Below are positions 18,344-29,900 of a DNA stretch of 64,000 nt, in pieces. This DNA is from Candidatus Latescibacterota bacterium. GTDB lineage: Bacteria; Latescibacterota; UBA2968; GCA-2709665. The notes beneath the pieces were generated by a model. It saw nothing but the letters and a program-made list of their open reading frames with translations, was not told where the DNA came from and did no database searches. The stretch is from positions 64,001 to 128,000 of the forward strand of contig CBDDDZ010000002.1 of the NCBI GenBank assembly GCA_965226795.1, read 5' to 3'. Made by a program: the position numbers and the translations under genes. Position 1 is the stretch's first letter. Every line of letters begins with the position of its first letter.

Positions 18344-20593
18344 ATGAGATCGAGCCGCGGAAACGGGTATCTGGCCTACCTTGTTATCGCTGTCGTGATT
18401 GTGTCTGCTGGCGCGGATACGAAACGACCCGTCATCCATACGCAGGCAGTGGGCACGCGGGTCATGGCCGAGCGCCTGGAAACGATCGCCCGAAACGTCG
18501 ACCCAGAACTGAATATCTATGCAAACGTGGAACGTGCGCGTCACCTCCGCCGCAGGTTGGCGCAGCCCTTCGAGCCAGGGGAACAGGTGATGGTCCGCGC
18601 GCTTCTTGCACAGGAGCTGCTGAATGCGGGGGAGACCGGGGAGGCGATCCGCCACTTCCGGGAAGTCGGGGCGGATGTGGCTCGGGATCCGACCATTTTT
18701 CCCCCGGGGTTTGAGGAAACGATTGCGGAACTGCTGGCCATCTCGCACATGCGGATCGGCGAGCAGGAGAACTGCGTCGCCCACGGGGGCATCGAGGCCT
18801 GTCTGCTGCCCATCGGAAGCACCGGCGTACATACCCGGCAACGCGGATCACGGGGCGCCATAGACGCCTATAGGGCGATCCTCAACCGGGATGCGGGCGA
18901 CCTGACGGCACGGTGGCTGCTGAACGTGGCGTATATGACAGTTGGAGAGTACCCGAGCGGTGTGCCCGAAACGTGGATTATCCCCCCGGAAGCATTCGAG
19001 TCGGATTACGATATCGGGCGATTCAGAGACGTGGCGCCAGCGACCGGCCTCGACGTTATGGGTCTGGCAGGGGGCTGCGTAATGGAAGATTTCGACGGCG
19101 ACGGATTTCTGGACCTGATGGTATCCTCCTGGGGGCTGCGAGACCAGATCAGATTCTTCCGGAACGATGGCGACGGCACGTTCTCGGACCGCACGGTGTT
19201 CGCGGGTTTGACGGGAATCGTCGGCGGGTTGAACCTGGTCCACGCCGATTACGATAACGACGGATATCCCGATGTACTCGTGTTGCGCGGGGCGTGGTTG
19301 AAACGAGCAGGAGCCCATCCGAATTCGCTGCTGCGAAACAATGGGGACGGTACGTTCGCCGATGTGACGGAGGAGGCGGGATTGCTCAGTTTTCATCCCA
19401 CGCAGACCGCCGCCTGGGGTGATTACGACAACGACGGATGGGTGGACCTGTTTATCGGAAACGAAACGGCCGACGGTGACGTTCACCCATGCGAACTCTT
19501 TCGCAACAACGGAGACGGTACGTTCGCGGACGTGGCGCGTGAGGCGGGGGTCGCGATCCAGGGGTACGTGAAAGGGTGCGTCTGGGGAGACTTCGACAAC
19601 GACGGGTTCCCGGATCTTTACGTTTCACGCCTGCTGGAGCCCAATCTGCTCTTCCGAAACGTCGGGGCGCATTCCGGTCGACGGCGTTTCTCGGATATGA
19701 GCGAAGCGGCCGGCGTTACGGAGCCGCTGAACAGCTTCCCGGCGTGGTTCTGGGACTACAATAATGACGGCTGGCTGGATCTGTTCGTATCCGGATACCG
19801 CGCCAACTCGGGCGACGTTGCGGCCGACTACCTTGGGATTGACACTGGCGCGGAACGCCCCAGGCTTTACCGCAACCGGGGGAACGGTACGTTCGCGGAT
19901 GTGACAGGGGAATGCGGCCTGGATAAGGTACTGTATACCATGGGGTGCAATTTCGGCGACCTGGACAATGACGGTTTTCAGGATTTCTACGTCGGCACCG
20001 GCGACCCCGACTACCGGGAGATCATGCCGAACCGGATGTTCCGCAACGCGGAAGGCGGATTTTTCCAGGATGTGACGACCTCGGGTGGTTTTGGACACTT
20101 GCAGAAAGGGCACGGCGTGGCCTTTGGAGACATCGACAACGACGGCGACCAGGACATCTTCGCCGTGATGGGCGGGGCGTATTCGGGCGACGTATTTCAG
20201 AACGTGCTTTTCGAGAATCCGGGACACGACAACCGCTGGGTGGTGCTGAAGCTGGAGGGTTTGCGCTCCAACCGTGCGGCGATCGGTGCGCGGATTGTGG
20301 TACGCGTTGAACGGGGCGACGGGGTTTACGAAATCCACGCCAGCGTTACCGCTGGAGGAAGCTTCGGGTCCTCCGGATTGCAACAGGAGATCGGGCTCGG
20401 CCAGGCAACGGACATCCGGGAGGTACGGGTGACGTGGCCCGCCACAGGTGAGGTCCAGATCTTCAAAGACGTCGAAATGGACCGGGCATTCCGCGTAAGT
20501 GAGGGTGACCCCACGCTCGCGCCCATGCCACTCAAACGCCTGCGCATGTCTCCCATGACGGGACAGGAACGCGCTTCTCACCATCATAACTGA
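18344..20593 (+). CDS. CRTAC1-family protein with N-terminal helical extension and ASPIC/UnbV domain
   Basis: N-terminal hydrophobic segment; RIGEQENC..H...CLLP; repeated DYDNDG and FRNNGDGTFADV; GFGHLQKGHG; SNRAAIGA..GGSFG. Confidence 0.88.
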   Translation: MRSSRGNGYLAYLVIAVVIVSAGADTKRPVIHTQAVGTRVMAERLETIARNVDPELNIYANVERARHLRRRLAQPFEPGEQVMVRALLAQELLNAGETGEAIRHFREVGADVARDPTIFPPGFEETIAELLAISHMRIGEQENCVAHGGIEACLLPIGSTGVHTRQRGSRGAIDAYRAILNRDAGDLTARWLLNVAYMTVGEYPSGVPETWIIPPEAFESDYDIGRFRDVAPATGLDVMGLAGGCVMEDFDGDGFLDLMVSSWGLRDQIRFFRNDGDGTFSDRTVFAGLTGIVGGLNLVHADYDNDGYPDVLVLRGAWLKRAGAHPNSLLRNNGDGTFADVTEEAGLLSFHPTQTAAWGDYDNDGWVDLFIGNETADGDVHPCELFRNNGDGTFADVAREAGVAIQGYVKGCVWGDFDNDGFPDLYVSRLLEPNLLFRNVGAHSGRRRFSDMSEAAGVTEPLNSFPAWFWDYNNDGWLDLFVSGYRANSGDVAADYLGIDTGAERPRLYRNRGNGTFADVTGECGLDKVLYTMGCNFGDLDNDGFQDFYVGTGDPDYREIMPNRMFRNAEGGFFQDVTTSGGFGHLQKGHGVAFGDIDNDGDQDIFAVMGGAYSGDVFQNVLFENPGHDNRWVVLKLEGLRSNRAAIGARIVVRVERGDGVYEIHASVTAGGSFGSSGLQQEIGLGQATDIREVRVTWPATGEVQIFKDVEMDRAFRVSEGDPTLAPMPLKRLRMSPMTGQERASHHHN

Positions 20594-20613
20594 TAGCATC
20601 GTGAGGTGACGCC

Positions 20614-22968
20614 ATGAAAGAGCACAGACATCCGCACCCGCACAGAGATCCGCGCCAGCCCAGGGCAGACGGCAGGCCGGGGACCAATCCTCCCGTTTTT
20701 GCGTGGCTGCCCGTCAAGAACCCGTCCGGGTACCGCCTGCAGGTGGCGCGAGATTCGAGCTTTGAGAACATCTGCCTGGACAAGGGGGGTTTGCATGATC
20801 CCCTGTTCCTTCCTGAAACGGCATTTGAGCCCGGGAGGTATTTCTGGCGGTGGTCCGCGGCGCCCGCCGCAACGTCCGAGGTCTTCGCATTTGAAATCGG
20901 GCCCGAGGCCGCTGTGGTGGAGGTGCCGCCGGCAGGCGAGTGGCTGAAGCGATTCCCGGCGGACCACCCGCGCATCTACCTCCGCCCGGAGGAGGTGCCG
21001 GCGCTCCGGGCGGCAGCACACCGCGAACGGGCTTCCGCGTGGGAGGGCCTGCGGGGGCACGCCGAGGCCGTGTTGGCCGAACCGCATGAGATCGACGAGC
21101 CGCCCTTTCTCCCGGATCGAAGCGAGAACTATCAGAAATACTACGAGACCTGGGCGCCGGTGATGTGGAGTTCCAGGCGCTTCGTGAAAGGCGCCGAGAC
21201 CCTGGCGCTGGCTTATCTGGTGGGCGGGGAGGACCGATATGCCCGTGCCGCCTGCCGGAGGATGGCGTCCATATCCCGCTGGGATCCGGAGGGGTCCAGC
21301 CACCTTGCCCACAATGACGAAGCCCACATGTCGGTGATCTGGAACGGTTCGAACGCATGCGACTGGGTATGGGACCGTTTTACTGACGAGGAACGCGAGG
21401 CCGTTGTGACGCAATTCCGGCAGCGTGGTCAGATTACGTTCGAGCATATGCACAACAGGGGATCCTACGGGGTGACGCGTTTCGACTCGCACGCCGGGCG
21501 TGAGATCGTGTTCCTGGCGCACATCGCGCTGGTGTTTCACGATTACATTCCCGAAGCGCAGTCGTGGCTGGAATGGTTGAGGCCGGTGCTGTGCGGCGTG
21601 TGGCCGATCTGGGCGGGTGACGACGGGGCATGGGCGGAAGGACCTTCATACGGATTGGCTTACGTGACGATCATGTCCATGTTCGCCACGACGCTGAAGC
21701 GGGGTGCGGGCGTGGACCTGTACCGGCGGCCCTTCTGGAGAAACCACGCCCGATGGCGTCAGTACTGTCTTCCCCCTTATGCGGAATGGATGGGATTCGG
21801 CGACCATACGGAGCGTTGGGCGGGCACCTGGAGGTCCAATGCGGATCTGGTGGATCTGATCGGCCGCGAGACGGAGACGGGTGAGTTCACGGGATACGTG
21901 AAGGCGTTCCGGGCGGAGGCGGAGCACATGCAGACGCCGGCGGAACGGCGAAGTTCGGGTGTTACGTCACAGCTCTTCCTGGCCGCGACTGAAAAAGAGT
22001 CCCCGCCGGCCGACGCAGTGGATTCAACGTTCCGCGTGTTCCCGGCCGCCGGGTGGGCAGCGGTACGAACCGATCTGAACGACCCGGCGCGCGATGTCGC
22101 GCTGATCTTCCGCTCTTCACCCCTCGGCGCCATCAGTCATTCTCACGCCAACAACAACGATTTCATTCTGCACGCGGGCGGCAGGGTGATGGCGATGCCG
22201 AGCGGCTATTACGCCGGGTACGGTTCGGACCACCATACGCACTGGGTGTGGCACACCCGTTCCCACAACTGCGTGACGCTTTCGGACGCCTCCCAGATCA
22301 TGCGATCGCACAATTCGAGGGGCAAGATCGAGAACGCCTTCGAAGACGAGCGGCTCATTTACTTTGTGGGAAACGCGGATGCCAGCTACAGCGACCGCGC
22401 GGAACGGTGCCGGCGGCACGTATTCTTCCTGAGGGCGCAGAGCTGTTTTGTGATGATCGACGAGTTTGCCGCGGTTTCGGGCATCGATTCGGCGTTGCAG
22501 TGGAACATCCACTCGTGGAATCGTTTCGTGGTGGACGAGGAGGAAAGAACCTTCCTGCTGGAGCGTGATGGGAGTTCCCTGGAGGGGCATTTTATGTATC
22601 ACAACAACGGGTTTTTCTCCCTGAGCGAGGGGTGGGACCCCCCGCCCATGCGTACGGGCAAGGACGAATCACAGTGGCACCAGCAATATCATCTGAGGTT
22701 TACGCCATCCGGCATCGTAAGCCGCCGGAACCTGGGCGTCGTGTTATGTCCAGGGCATGGGTTGCTCGGCCGTGCGGTGGTGCAGACCGAGCGTTCAGGT
22801 GAAACGGAAGTCGCGCGGATCGGGGACGACCTGGTGCTGGTGGGTGGTCGGGATGGCGTGGCGTACGGCGACCATCGCTCCGACGGGCTGGCGCTGGCAG
22901 TCGTGCAGGGCCGGCGGTATGAACTTCGAGATGAGGGCCTTGTTACGGGACGTAGTGAGATGCACTGA
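20614..22968 (+). CDS. DUF4962 plus heparinase II/III protein, PL15-like oligosaccharide lyase, no signal peptide
   Basis: NPPVFAW, HPRIYL, DSH, WAEGPSY, FGD, SHSHANNNDF, SHNCVT motifs. Confidence 0.85.
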   Translation: MKEHRHPHPHRDPRQPRADGRPGTNPPVFAWLPVKNPSGYRLQVARDSSFENICLDKGGLHDPLFLPETAFEPGRYFWRWSAAPAATSEVFAFEIGPEAAVVEVPPAGEWLKRFPADHPRIYLRPEEVPALRAAAHRERASAWEGLRGHAEAVLAEPHEIDEPPFLPDRSENYQKYYETWAPVMWSSRRFVKGAETLALAYLVGGEDRYARAACRRMASISRWDPEGSSHLAHNDEAHMSVIWNGSNACDWVWDRFTDEEREAVVTQFRQRGQITFEHMHNRGSYGVTRFDSHAGREIVFLAHIALVFHDYIPEAQSWLEWLRPVLCGVWPIWAGDDGAWAEGPSYGLAYVTIMSMFATTLKRGAGVDLYRRPFWRNHARWRQYCLPPYAEWMGFGDHTERWAGTWRSNADLVDLIGRETETGEFTGYVKAFRAEAEHMQTPAERRSSGVTSQLFLAATEKESPPADAVDSTFRVFPAAGWAAVRTDLNDPARDVALIFRSSPLGAISHSHANNNDFILHAGGRVMAMPSGYYAGYGSDHHTHWVWHTRSHNCVTLSDASQIMRSHNSRGKIENAFEDERLIYFVGNADASYSDRAERCRRHVFFLRAQSCFVMIDEFAAVSGIDSALQWNIHSWNRFVVDEEERTFLLERDGSSLEGHFMYHNNGFFSLSEGWDPPPMRTGKDESQWHQQYHLRFTPSGIVSRRNLGVVLCPGHGLLGRAVVQTERSGETEVARIGDDLVLVGGRDGVAYGDHRSDGLALAVVQGRRYELRDEGLVTGRSEMH

Positions 22969-23182
22969 CTTCAGGGTCGGTCGCCTGACGCTACCGATCA
23001 CGGTGCATCTTCAGCTGGTTGTACGCCCCGTCTGGTTTGGCTGTGCAGAAGGTGGGAGCGTGTTTGTCGTTCGGACTGCTCGGTAGAGGTCTGAGGCCTC
23101 GTATTTTCAACGTATCCCGGAGTCGTGTTTAATCTGTATTGGCGGAACAACCGCTTGAGGCTGTTTTAACGAGGAGGCGGCC

Positions 23183-26100
23183 GTGAAGAATGGACCGATG
23201 GGCCTGAAGGTGGGTGTGTTGAAAGACATGTGTCTTGAGACGGCGCTTGTGGTCAACGGCGAGCCTCAGGCGAAGATCGTCATCGGCCACGATGCGGCGC
23301 ACGAACGGCTGGCAACGAGAATCGTCGAGCGGGTCGAGGCGGCGACGGGCGGGCGGCTGGAGGTGGTCCGGGCGGGGGAGACGGCGGCGGGGATGCTGCT
23401 GGAGGGGCACGTCGTGGCGCTGGGAAATATGGCTGACAACGCCTTTATCCGGTGGCTGTATTACCAGTGGTGGGCGGTGGAAGACCGCTGTTATCCCGGC
23501 AGGGGCGGGTACGCGCTGCGGACCCTGCACAATCCTCTGGGGAACGGGAAGAACGTGGTTCTGGTCGGAGCCAGCGACGGTGCCGGGCTGGAGCGGGTTG
23601 TGTCGCGTTTTTTGGCGCTTGTACCCGGGGAAAGGACGCTCAGCGTGGGGCGGTTGATGGAGATCCGGCCGGGTTCCGAGTTCGACGCGTTCGGCTGTCC
23701 GCCGGAGGGCTGGTTGCAGGAGCGGCGGGATGACTTCATCGCGCGTGCCACCGCACCGCACGCTTCCGAATCAGGCGCGGGCTTTCAGCTGATATCGGAG
23801 GCGGGCGCGTACGGGTTGATGTATCACCGGACCGGGCACGACGCGTATGCCGCGGCCGTTCGGGAAATCGCGGACGCGCATCTGAGGATGGGCGAGCATG
23901 GGGTGATGGCGCACTTTCACGTCTGGTGGCTGGCGGTGATCTGGGACCTGATCGAGGAGAGCCCGGTGTTCTCGGACGAGGATCGGCTGAAGATCACGCA
24001 ATATCTGCTGTGGATCATGGATTCCACGGAGGGGGCGTATACCCAATTCTTCCGTCAGGGTGTGGGACACCGGATGATCCGGCAGAACCACCAGACGCTC
24101 GTGGCGCTGGCGGCGTGGTTCGGGGGGCGGTATTTTTCGACGCACTACGGTTTTGAGGAAGCGAAGGAGTGGATGACCGCGTCGGCGGACGTGTTCAAGG
24201 GGCAGGCGGTGTCGTTCAAGCCGATTGAGGATGCCAACGCCTATCAGTGGATGACGCTGGACCACATGTTGACCTATTCGCTGGCAAGCGGGGATACCAC
24301 GTATATCGACAACGGAAACTGCAAGCGGTCTCTGGACCAGGCGGTGTTTTACTGCAACAACCGGGGAGCGCTGCCCGCGTTTGGAGATACGGGCGCTCCG
24401 ATGGAAGGATACCCGACGAATTTCCTGGTCAAGGCAGGTCATGTTCTGCAGGATGGACGAGCGGCGTTCCTGCTCGGCAAACGGTTCGACAGGCCGTCGG
24501 ACTATTTTCGGCCGCAGCCGCCGGGAGAGCGCTACGAGAGCGTGAGCGATCCGTTGCTGGTGAGGAGTTTTGAGAAGTACTTCTGCGACGGACTGGCGCC
24601 CGAGGTTCCCGACGGTATGGCCGGCGTGCAGGTGCTGGAGGTCGCTGGCGGGTTCTACGATTTCGCGGAAGACCCGAAGGCGAAAGAGCGCGAAGTGAAG
24701 CCGATGAACCTGCAAAGGGAAGAGGCGTTCGATACGGTCTGTTTCCGGGAGGGGTTCGACCGGGAGGACCAGTATCTGATGCTGCACGGGATTTTTTACG
24801 GCAACCACAGCCACGAAGACGGGAATACCATACCGGAATTTTCGGCGAACGATCGGATATTTCTGGTGGATGCGTCGTATACGGAGGGTCCAACGCTTAA
24901 GCACCATAATGGCGTGACGGCGGTGCGGGATGGAGAGGCGTGGGACGTACCTGCACTGTGCCGGCTGGAGGGTGCGGCGGATCTGGGCCGTGTGGGCATG
25001 AGCCGGACGTCCGTGGCAGGGGACTGGGGCGCGTTGTGGGTTCGGAACGTGGTGTGGCGCCGGGGGCGTTGTTTTGTGGTGGTGGACGAGGTGGAAGCGA
25101 CAAAGGGGGGCGCGTTCGCGCTCCAGTGTCACTGGCGCACATTGGGGTCACCCGCTTTGAAGGACGGGACGCTTGAGGTGGTGCAGAAAGACCCGGACAG
25201 CGGCCGGGAAGATCGGTTTGTTTTGCAGAGCGTGGGCGGAGGCCGGTTGTCGCTGGAGCGTGACTGGGAGAATTTCGGCCATTGGTGGGATACATATCCC
25301 TATGCGGATGATTATGTGAATATCCTGCACGAGTCGGCGAACCGGGAGATGGCGGTCGGAGACCGGCACAGGTTTATCAACCTGTTCTACGCGTCGAATG
25401 CGCAGAAGCCCGTGGACGACCGGATGCGTCGCGTGGGCGATTCGGCCGTGGTGGTCGAGGGGTCGGACGGCCGGATGGTGGTGGGCACCGGGGCTGGGGA
25501 TGGGGCGTTTACGGTTGGGTCTCTTTCCGGCCGCGCCGGCATCTTCGCGGCCGGCGACGGGTGGTTTGCGCTGTGCAACGGGACGTTACTGTGTGCGCCA
25601 GGCGGGATCTTTGAAAGCGAGCTTCCTGTTTCGATCGAGTTCGACCTGGAGTCGGGTGAGGGCGTGGTGGTGGCGTCGGAACCTGCTGAGATCACACTGT
25701 GCGGAGAGCGGTTGCGCGTTACGGCGGGAAGGCAGGAGGTAAAAACGAAGGAGCCGGGGGTGGGTGTGTTGTCGCTGGGCGGGGTTGCAGACCTGCGGGG
25801 TTGGGAGGCGAGTCCTCCGGCACGTGCGCAGGCGGCGTCTGTTCCCGGGTTGCGCAGGGTTTGGACATACGATGCCGGTTCGGGTGTGCGCTGCGCCGCT
25901 GCCGGCGCGGACGGGGTGGTCCTGGGTACGGAGGATGGACGGGTGGCGGCTCTGGATGAAAACGGAAAGCCGGCCTGGTCCTTCCAGGCGGAGGGGAGCG
26001 TTCTTTCGGTGTGTGCGGTGGAACTTGACGGCCGGCGTTGTGTGATTGCGGGCGCGGACGACCGGCGCCTGTATCTGCTGGAGGAAGGCGGCGGCGTGCG

Positions 26101-26920
26101 GTGGTCACACGCCTTTGAGATCTACAGGGGGACGTGGGACCGTTACGCCCGGAATTCCGCAGTGGAGTTCGTGACGGCGGCGGACCTGCGTGGAGACGGG
26201 CGGATGGATATCCTGGCGGCGGTCTCGGACCGGAAGCTCCACTGTTTTGCCGAGGATGGAAACGAGCGATGGAGTTTTATGATTTACGGGATATTCGCGC
26301 CGCTTCGTGTGGCGGATATCAACGGGGACGGGAAGCAGGAGGTGATCGGCGGTCCGGGTAGGATCACTTGCGGGGGGACCTGCTATGTGCTGGACGCCGA
26401 CGGCGGCCACTATGCGAGCAACGGGCTGGACGGGTGGGCGTCGATGATGCCTGCGTGCGACGTGTGGGAAAAGGAGGAGGATCACCTGATCGTGTGCGGG
26501 ACGAATCGGTCGAACGTCTATGCATTGAAGCTGGAATCGCATCGATTGGAGACGCTCTGGAAGCAACGGGTTGGGGAGGAAATCAACGCGGTTTGCGCCG
26601 TGGACGTGGATGGAGACAGCAGACCGGAGGTTGTGGTCGGGTCCGACTGTTTTTATGTCTATTTGCTGGATGAGTACGGTACGGAGCGGTGGCGGCGTAA
26701 CCTGGGGGCGCCCGTGCAACATTTGATGGTGAGCGACATGAACGGGGGTGCAAAGATCGTCGCGGGGTGTGAGGATGGTGCCGTGTGGGTCCTGGACGCG
26801 GAGGGCACGCCGATTGCCAGCCACCAGGCGGGTGGCGCGGTTCACGTCCTGGCTGCGGACGGCAGGGGCCACCTGGTCCTGGGCGGGTCGGACGGGACAC
26901 TGTCGGTGATGGGCGTGTGA
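23183..26920 (+). CDS. Large lyase-fold (heparinase II/III-like) protein with C-terminal FG-GAP/PQQ-like beta-propeller, paralog A1
   Basis: GAGGAGG RBS before GTG; WDLIEESPVFS, RQNHQ, PAFGD, NHSHEDGN, HHNG; C-terminal DLRGDG, DINGDG and DVDGD repeats; no signal peptide. Confidence 0.75.
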   Translation: MKNGPMGLKVGVLKDMCLETALVVNGEPQAKIVIGHDAAHERLATRIVERVEAATGGRLEVVRAGETAAGMLLEGHVVALGNMADNAFIRWLYYQWWAVEDRCYPGRGGYALRTLHNPLGNGKNVVLVGASDGAGLERVVSRFLALVPGERTLSVGRLMEIRPGSEFDAFGCPPEGWLQERRDDFIARATAPHASESGAGFQLISEAGAYGLMYHRTGHDAYAAAVREIADAHLRMGEHGVMAHFHVWWLAVIWDLIEESPVFSDEDRLKITQYLLWIMDSTEGAYTQFFRQGVGHRMIRQNHQTLVALAAWFGGRYFSTHYGFEEAKEWMTASADVFKGQAVSFKPIEDANAYQWMTLDHMLTYSLASGDTTYIDNGNCKRSLDQAVFYCNNRGALPAFGDTGAPMEGYPTNFLVKAGHVLQDGRAAFLLGKRFDRPSDYFRPQPPGERYESVSDPLLVRSFEKYFCDGLAPEVPDGMAGVQVLEVAGGFYDFAEDPKAKEREVKPMNLQREEAFDTVCFREGFDREDQYLMLHGIFYGNHSHEDGNTIPEFSANDRIFLVDASYTEGPTLKHHNGVTAVRDGEAWDVPALCRLEGAADLGRVGMSRTSVAGDWGALWVRNVVWRRGRCFVVVDEVEATKGGAFALQCHWRTLGSPALKDGTLEVVQKDPDSGREDRFVLQSVGGGRLSLERDWENFGHWWDTYPYADDYVNILHESANREMAVGDRHRFINLFYASNAQKPVDDRMRRVGDSAVVVEGSDGRMVVGTGAGDGAFTVGSLSGRAGIFAAGDGWFALCNGTLLCAPGGIFESELPVSIEFDLESGEGVVVASEPAEITLCGERLRVTAGRQEVKTKEPGVGVLSLGGVADLRGWEASPPARAQAASVPGLRRVWTYDAGSGVRCAAAGADGVVLGTEDGRVAALDENGKPAWSFQAEGSVLSVCAVELDGRRCVIAGADDRRLYLLEEGGGVRWSHAFEIYRGTWDRYARNSAVEFVTAADLRGDGRMDILAAVSDRKLHCFAEDGNERWSFMIYGIFAPLRVADINGDGKQEVIGGPGRITCGGTCYVLDADGGHYASNGLDGWASMMPACDVWEKEEDHLIVCGTNRSNVYALKLESHRLETLWKQRVGEEINAVCAVDVDGDSRPEVVVGSDCFYVYLLDEYGTERWRRNLGAPVQHLMVSDMNGGAKIVAGCEDGAVWVLDAEGTPIASHQAGGAVHVLAADGRGHLVLGGSDGTLSVMGV

Positions 26921-26964
26921 GGATTTGGGAGCGGCAGTCGGTCATATTCGCGAGAGGTGCAAGG

Positions 26965-29900
26965 ATGGGCGGGCACAGGATTGGCAATGTGAAGCAGATG
27001 TCGCTGGAGATCCCGTTCGACGCGGGGTCGGTCGAGGTCGTGGTCGGCGGGGGAGCCGCCCAGCGGGCGGGGGCCCGACGCATCGCGGGGGCGCTGGAGC
27101 GTGTGTGCGGGTCCGAGGTGCCGGTGGTGGAGGACGCGGCCTACGCGGCCTGGGAAATCCGGCCTGCACGCCACGCGATTCTCGTGGGAAGCCTGGGGGA
27201 CAACCGGGGGATCGAGTTCCTCTACTACCGGTGGTTGACGTTTGTGGACGGGAGCTACCCGGGAAGTGGAGGGTACGCGCTGACCACGCTGTGGGACCCG
27301 TGGGGCGCGGGCCGGAATGCGCTGGTGGTGGGGGCCGCGGACGAGGCGGGGCTGGATGCGGCTGTCGCGCGCCTCGAGTCAATTATCGACGCAGCGGCGG
27401 ATGGCATCCCCGGGGTCTACGAAGTGGTGTACGGGTCGTCCCGGCCGAAGGAGGTGGCGGACGTGGCGGGCTGGTCGCGGGTGGGCCCTACGCCTGACGG
27501 GTGGGTGTACGACTTCACGGGATACGGGGGGCTGTCGCACGTTCCGTCGGCGGCGTGGGCATATGTGCGAAGCGGAGACACAAGAATCGCGGAGGGACTG
27601 AAGCAGGGGCTGATGGCATTGTTGGAAACACCCGTGCTGCATACGCCCGAAAGCCAGCTTCACCTGGGATTCTGGCCGGTGATGATGATGTGGCCGATCG
27701 TGGAGACGTGTCCGGTGTTTTCCGAGGAAGACCGGCTGAAAATCGTCAGGTTTTTCTACGATGTGCTGGTGTCGCCCGAAGGGGCCCGGAATGGCGGGTT
27801 GAACCACGCGGCCGCGTCGGAGCTGCCGCGTCAGAACCACCAGACGCTGTGCGCGCTGGGCGTGCTGTTCGGGTCGATTTATTTCGAGCGGCACTACGGT
27901 ATTCCCGATGTCCGGGAATGGCGGGCACTCGTGGACAGGTTGTTCCGCACCGGGGCCTATTGTTCCAAGCAGATCTGCGACAACAACGCGCACGGTTGGA
28001 ACCAGAGTATCGGCGATTTCGCGACCTATGCCCTGCTGACGGGCAATACGGCGTTTTTTGACAATGGGATGGCGCGCCTGGCGGCGGAACGCGCGGTGGG
28101 GAACTGTACGAGCAACGGGTTTGCCGCTACCATCGGAGACGGGGACGTCAGCGCGTATCCCAACTGGTTCCTGGCCCAGGTGTCTTTCTATCTTCGGGAC
28201 GCCGGGCTTCGCTTCGTCCTGGACAACATGGCCCCGGAGATTGAACCCTCCGGAGGCCTGATGCCGTGGCGGCAGCCCTACAGCGCGGGCGTGGGCGTGA
28301 AACCGCCGGGCGATCAGGTCGGAACCCGTGTGTTTCCGCTGGACCGGCTGTATTACGATATTCCCCGGCATTCTCCCGGAGCGGTTGCGCTGAGACCCCC
28401 GGGCGTGGCGTTTGAGAAGACGTTCGATATTCTGACAATGCGGAGCGGGTGGGAAAAGACGGCACAGTATCTGATCCTGGACGGCACGGGCGGAGGGTCG
28501 CATTCCTACGAGGACGCCAACGCGATTCTCACACTCACGCAGGACGACCGGTTTCTGCTGCTGTCGGCGGACCAGCTTTATTTTACTGCGCCCAAGTATC
28601 ACAATATGGTGACGGTGACGCGGAACGGGCTGGGGGAGGAACTTCCAAGCTACTGCCGGATGGACGGGAAGGCGGATCTGCGGACGTTCGGATTCTCCGC
28701 GACGACGCTACCGGACTATGTGGGTATGGACTGGACGCGGATGCTGCTCTGGAAGAAGGGAGATTTTTTCCTGGTAGTGGACCGCCTGGTCGCGCGGGAC
28801 CGGGCAACCTACAGCGGTAGTTGCCGGTGGTTCAGCCTGGGACGGCCGGAAGTGTCGCACGAGACCTGTGTTTTTCGCCAGTGCGAGTGGGAGGGGAGCC
28901 GGACCGATTTTGTGGTTCAGAATCTGTCCGGACAGGCCTGCCGCACGCGGGAGGCGTTCTACGGCCCCACGAGGTCGTGGAAGTCGGGCTACGACCCGGC
29001 GCTGGGAAGGAAGTTGAGGACGGACCGGACGCTGCTGACGGAGCTGTATCAGAGCCGGAGCGACGTGTTGGGGGCGGGCGATGCAATGCGTTTTGTTAAT
29101 CTGTTGTACGCACGGTCCGGGGATCGGGCTGGAGACCGGGTTGAGGCGCAGTGCAACGCGTCGGGATGGGTGCGGGTGAGGGCGCCGGAAGGAACATTTG
29201 CGATTTGCGCGGGCGAGGTGCGGGCCGATGGCCTGCGCGCGGTGTGTGACCTGCTGGCGGTCTGGCGGGAGGGGGTTTTTGCGGCGAACTGCACGGCGTT
29301 GAAAGTTGGCGGGCTATCGGTTCAGTTTTCCAGGCCGTGCGGTGTGGAGGTGGACGCGTCGGGCAGGCTTGCGGTGGACGCTGCAGAAGATCTGGCGGTT
29401 CTGTGGCGCGTTGAGGCCGGGGCGTCGGGGGAGCGCGAATTGAGCGGTAAGGCCGTTCACGAACTGAAGGTCGGGGCCGTTTCCATTCCCGATCCGGAGG
29501 ATCTGTTCGACGTGGCCGGCGGAAGGGAGGCGGTTGCCCCGTCGCGATCGGATTCAAAGACCCCGTCGCCCGCGTGGACCGCCCGGGGAAAAGGGCGAAT
29601 CAATGACCTGCATATTGCCGGCGGAGATGTTGTGCTGGCCGCGTGCGAGGAAGACGCGCTGGCGGCTTTCGGATTGGACGGGGCGCCTGCGTGGACCTAC
29701 GGAACCGGAAGTCCGGTCAATACGGTTCACAGCGGGGTGCTGCGCGCGGGAGACCCTGCCCGGATCGTGCTGGGTTGCGAGGACACGTTCGTCCGTGCGC
29801 TGGATGGGTCCACGCGTGAGGAGATCTGGCGGTATCACCCCGAATACGGCAACCAGTACTGGGACTACTGGTCCTGGTACAAATCGAGTATCAAACGCGT

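Noticed and set aside
12960..20200. Recurrent GACTACGACAACGACGG-like nucleotide repeats
   Set aside because: They encode FG-GAP-like protein repeats and are not independent DNA elements.
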